Assembly (NCBI GenBank): GCA_964558645.1
Contig: CAZLEV010000001.1
Span: 285,568-349,567, forward strand
Length of the DNA stretch: 64,000 nucleotides
Origin: an uncultured archaeon
GTDB lineage: Archaea; Asgardarchaeota; Thorarchaeia; Thorarchaeales; Thorarchaeaceae
Reading direction: 5' to 3'
Under the pieces are notes generated by a model. It was not told the DNA's origin. It ran no database searches and saw only the letters and a list, made by a program, of their open reading frames with translations. Below, in pieces: positions 61,982-64,000 of the stretch. How positions within the stretch are numbered: the first letter of the stretch is position 1; each line of letters starts with the position of its first letter. Position numbers and translations under genes: made by a program.

Positions 61982-62380
61982 ATGCCAATACCTGAACAAA
62001 CTGACGTGAGGAATGGCGAATTGAACCAGATGCCTGGCGACTTCGTTGGGGCGGTATTCTACTTGCTCCTCAAGCGGGCCCTTGAAGACGCAGAACTCGC
62101 ACAAGAGGTGGAGTCTTGGAGTATGACCGCCGAGATATCCACAGACTATTACCCTATCAGCATCGATTTGAGAAGTGGAGTTGCCGTCACCAGAGGTTCG
62201 TCAGAAGCTCCAACTCTGAGAGTCAAGACCTCCTTCAAGACGGTTGCAGACCTTGCGGCTGGCAGAGTCAAACCATTTCGCGCATTGCTCAATAGGCGAC
62301 TGAAAATCAGAGGGATGTTTCGTCACCCAATCTGTTCCCTACGCTTCTATCGTCTTATGACTGCTGCTTTAGGTGTGTGA
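61982..62380 (+). CDS. SCP2 sterol/lipid-binding domain protein
   Basis: PTLRVKTSF..VADLAAGRVKPFRALL..RLKIRG SCP2 pattern; the ORF-track start (61463) is too far upstream. Confidence 0.78.
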   Translation: MPIPEQTDVRNGELNQMPGDFVGAVFYLLLKRALEDAELAQEVESWSMTAEISTDYYPISIDLRSGVAVTRGSSEAPTLRVKTSFKTVADLAAGRVKPFRALLNRRLKIRGMFRHPICSLRFYRLMTAALGV

Positions 62381-63809
62381 GGCTATGGAACTAGTCGATC
62401 GATTAACAGCTATAGTCGGTGAAAGATTCGTTTCAGATAGGATTCCCGAGAGATACCTCTATTCATACGACATGACCGAGAATCCGCCACAGAGACCTGC
62501 ACTCGTCGTGATGCCCGGCGGAGTTGATGAGATCCAACAGATTGTCCAACTTGCCAACAAGACCAAGACACCTCTGGTGCCATTCATCACCGGTCAGAAT
62601 GTTGGAGGTCTCACGATTCCTCAGGTACCCGGAGCTGTCGTTGTAGATTTGAAGCGGTTGGACAGAATACTCCAGGTCGATGAAGATGCCATGTATGCCT
62701 TGGTAGAGCCTGGTGTCACATTCGGTCATTTGAGGAAGTATTTAGACGAACATCATCCGAGTCTGAGGTATACCTATCCTTTGGCCCCACCCTATACGTC
62801 AGTCGTGGCAAATGCTCTGCTTCAGGGCCTTTGCGATCTGTCCACTAGGCATGGCGCAATGGCTGATTTCGTGAACGGCGTCGAGGTCGTGCTTCCCACA
62901 GGAGAGGCAGTCAGAACAGGGAGTTCAATCCTTGGAGATGATAACTGGTTTGGAAGATACCCTCTTCCGGATCTACTTGGTCTCTTCAGCGGATGGCAAG
63001 GAATGACTGGTATCGTGACCAAGATGGCAGTCCAGCTTTGGCCCAAACCCCCATGTGTTGAGCATGCTGCTCTATTCACATTTGATGAAGTTGCTACAAC
63101 TCGATTGCTCCAAGAGCTGGTTCGAACTCAGGCGCTCGATGATGCAGACTGCATGTCGCTTTCATTGGTTAAAATGCTCCTTGGAGTCTCAGCCCCTGTG
63201 AAAGCATTGGAGGGTGAACCTGACTACGCTACACTGCTCTCCGTGTCGGGAGGTACAAGGGTTGAAGTTGAAGAGAAGCTTAACACAGTCCGACGGATAA
63301 CAGAGTCCTCTAAACATGCTGCCTCAAGACCTCTTCTCATTGACTGGGATGCAGTCATCGCGCTGATGGGAGAGCAGGCCGCCAGCTGGGTGGACTTCCC
63401 GTCAGATGCATTCAAGATTCTGACCGAATACGACGGTCTCACCTGGGTTGGCACTTACATCCATCCTCGCAACTGGGGCGAAGCCCTCGCCGGCGGGCGG
63501 CGTATCGTGGAGAATCACGGATTCGAACTGATGGCCTTCCTCAAGCCTATGAAGGGTATGCACTTTGGGGAGTTCAAGTTCATCATCCGCTTTCCCAAGG
63601 ACAATGAGACCCTAGAACGCGTTCGTCGCTGCAACGAGGAGTTGTTGGACCACGCTCTTGACCAGAAGGCCATTCCTTACAAGACACCGGTCTGGGCCGC
63701 GGAGAAGCTGATGGCGCGTGCTGATCCTGAGTTCGTAAGACTCGTGAAGAGAATCAGAGAGACTCTGGACCCCAATGGAATAATGAACCCGGGGAGGTGG
63801 GGCCTATGA
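62373..63809 (+). CDS. FAD-linked oxidoreductase (GlcD/VAO family)
   Basis: PALVVMP, VDLKRLD, VEPGVT, GIVT, DPNGIMNPG. Confidence 0.9.
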   Translation: MCEAMELVDRLTAIVGERFVSDRIPERYLYSYDMTENPPQRPALVVMPGGVDEIQQIVQLANKTKTPLVPFITGQNVGGLTIPQVPGAVVVDLKRLDRILQVDEDAMYALVEPGVTFGHLRKYLDEHHPSLRYTYPLAPPYTSVVANALLQGLCDLSTRHGAMADFVNGVEVVLPTGEAVRTGSSILGDDNWFGRYPLPDLLGLFSGWQGMTGIVTKMAVQLWPKPPCVEHAALFTFDEVATTRLLQELVRTQALDDADCMSLSLVKMLLGVSAPVKALEGEPDYATLLSVSGGTRVEVEEKLNTVRRITESSKHAASRPLLIDWDAVIALMGEQAASWVDFPSDAFKILTEYDGLTWVGTYIHPRNWGEALAGGRRIVENHGFELMAFLKPMKGMHFGEFKFIIRFPKDNETLERVRRCNEELLDHALDQKAIPYKTPVWAAEKLMARADPEFVRLVKRIRETLDPNGIMNPGRWGL

Positions 63810-64000
63810 CATCAGTTATCCAGAAATGGCTTCATCACTGCATTCGTTGTTCGACCTGCAAGTATGTATTCCGCGATTATTCCCCCTCATGTCCCTCCGG
63901 GGAGTACTATCGGTTCGAGAGTTATTGGGCATCAGGTCGCCTGTGGCTGGCCCGCGGTCTCGAAACAGGCGAGCTGGGTTGGAGTGATGAACTTCTAGAA
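63806..64000 (+). CDS. Fe-S oxidoreductase subunit (GlcF/HdrD-like), partial
   Basis: MTSVIQKWLHHCIRCSTCK...CPSG...GR; ATGA overlap with the upstream gene; runs off the window. Confidence 0.8.
   Translation, partial: MTSVIQKWLHHCIRCSTCKYVFRDYSPSCPSGEYYRFESYWASGRLWLARGLETGELGWSDELLE

Noticed and set aside
1-64000. CRISPR arrays, transposases/integrases, rRNA/tRNA, diversity-generating retroelement
   Set aside because: None seen. The only long repeat is the in-frame PPC duplication, its differences are not adenine-specific, and no reverse transcriptase is present.

Overview
Gene-dense archaeal window of roughly 50% GC (estimated by eye). It is most likely from an Asgard archaeon, probably Thorarchaeia-like. 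This is an inference from two Rab-like small GTPases, multi-PAS orphan histidine kinases, archaeal-type PncB, PEPCK and M29 aminopeptidase, and a Zfx-type ferredoxin. About 53 CDSs cover lipid/acyl-CoA metabolism (acyl-CoA ligase + KAS III-like + MaoC, SRPBCC, isoprenoid-alcohol kinase, ACAD, SCP2 + FAD oxidoreductase + Fe-S protein), peptide degradation (M48, M29, S9A, secreted clan CD protease), NAD salvage (pncB-pncA), DNA repair (YcaQ-like, MPG, SplB-like radical SAM), Cu export, transporters and a Mo-bisPGD enzyme. I found no rRNA, tRNA, CRISPR array or transposase. The most notable observations are: a secreted CUB-PPC-PPC-caspase-like protease whose duplicated domains share an 89-bp identical tract; an M48 protease with an inserted EF-hand-like loop; a strand-biased, two-domain structured RNA candidate at 34339-34541; a Zfx-type Zn ferredoxin predicted to be 8Fe; and a molybdoenzyme with a ferredoxin inserted into domain IV. 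All calls come from reading motifs by eye; no searches were run.
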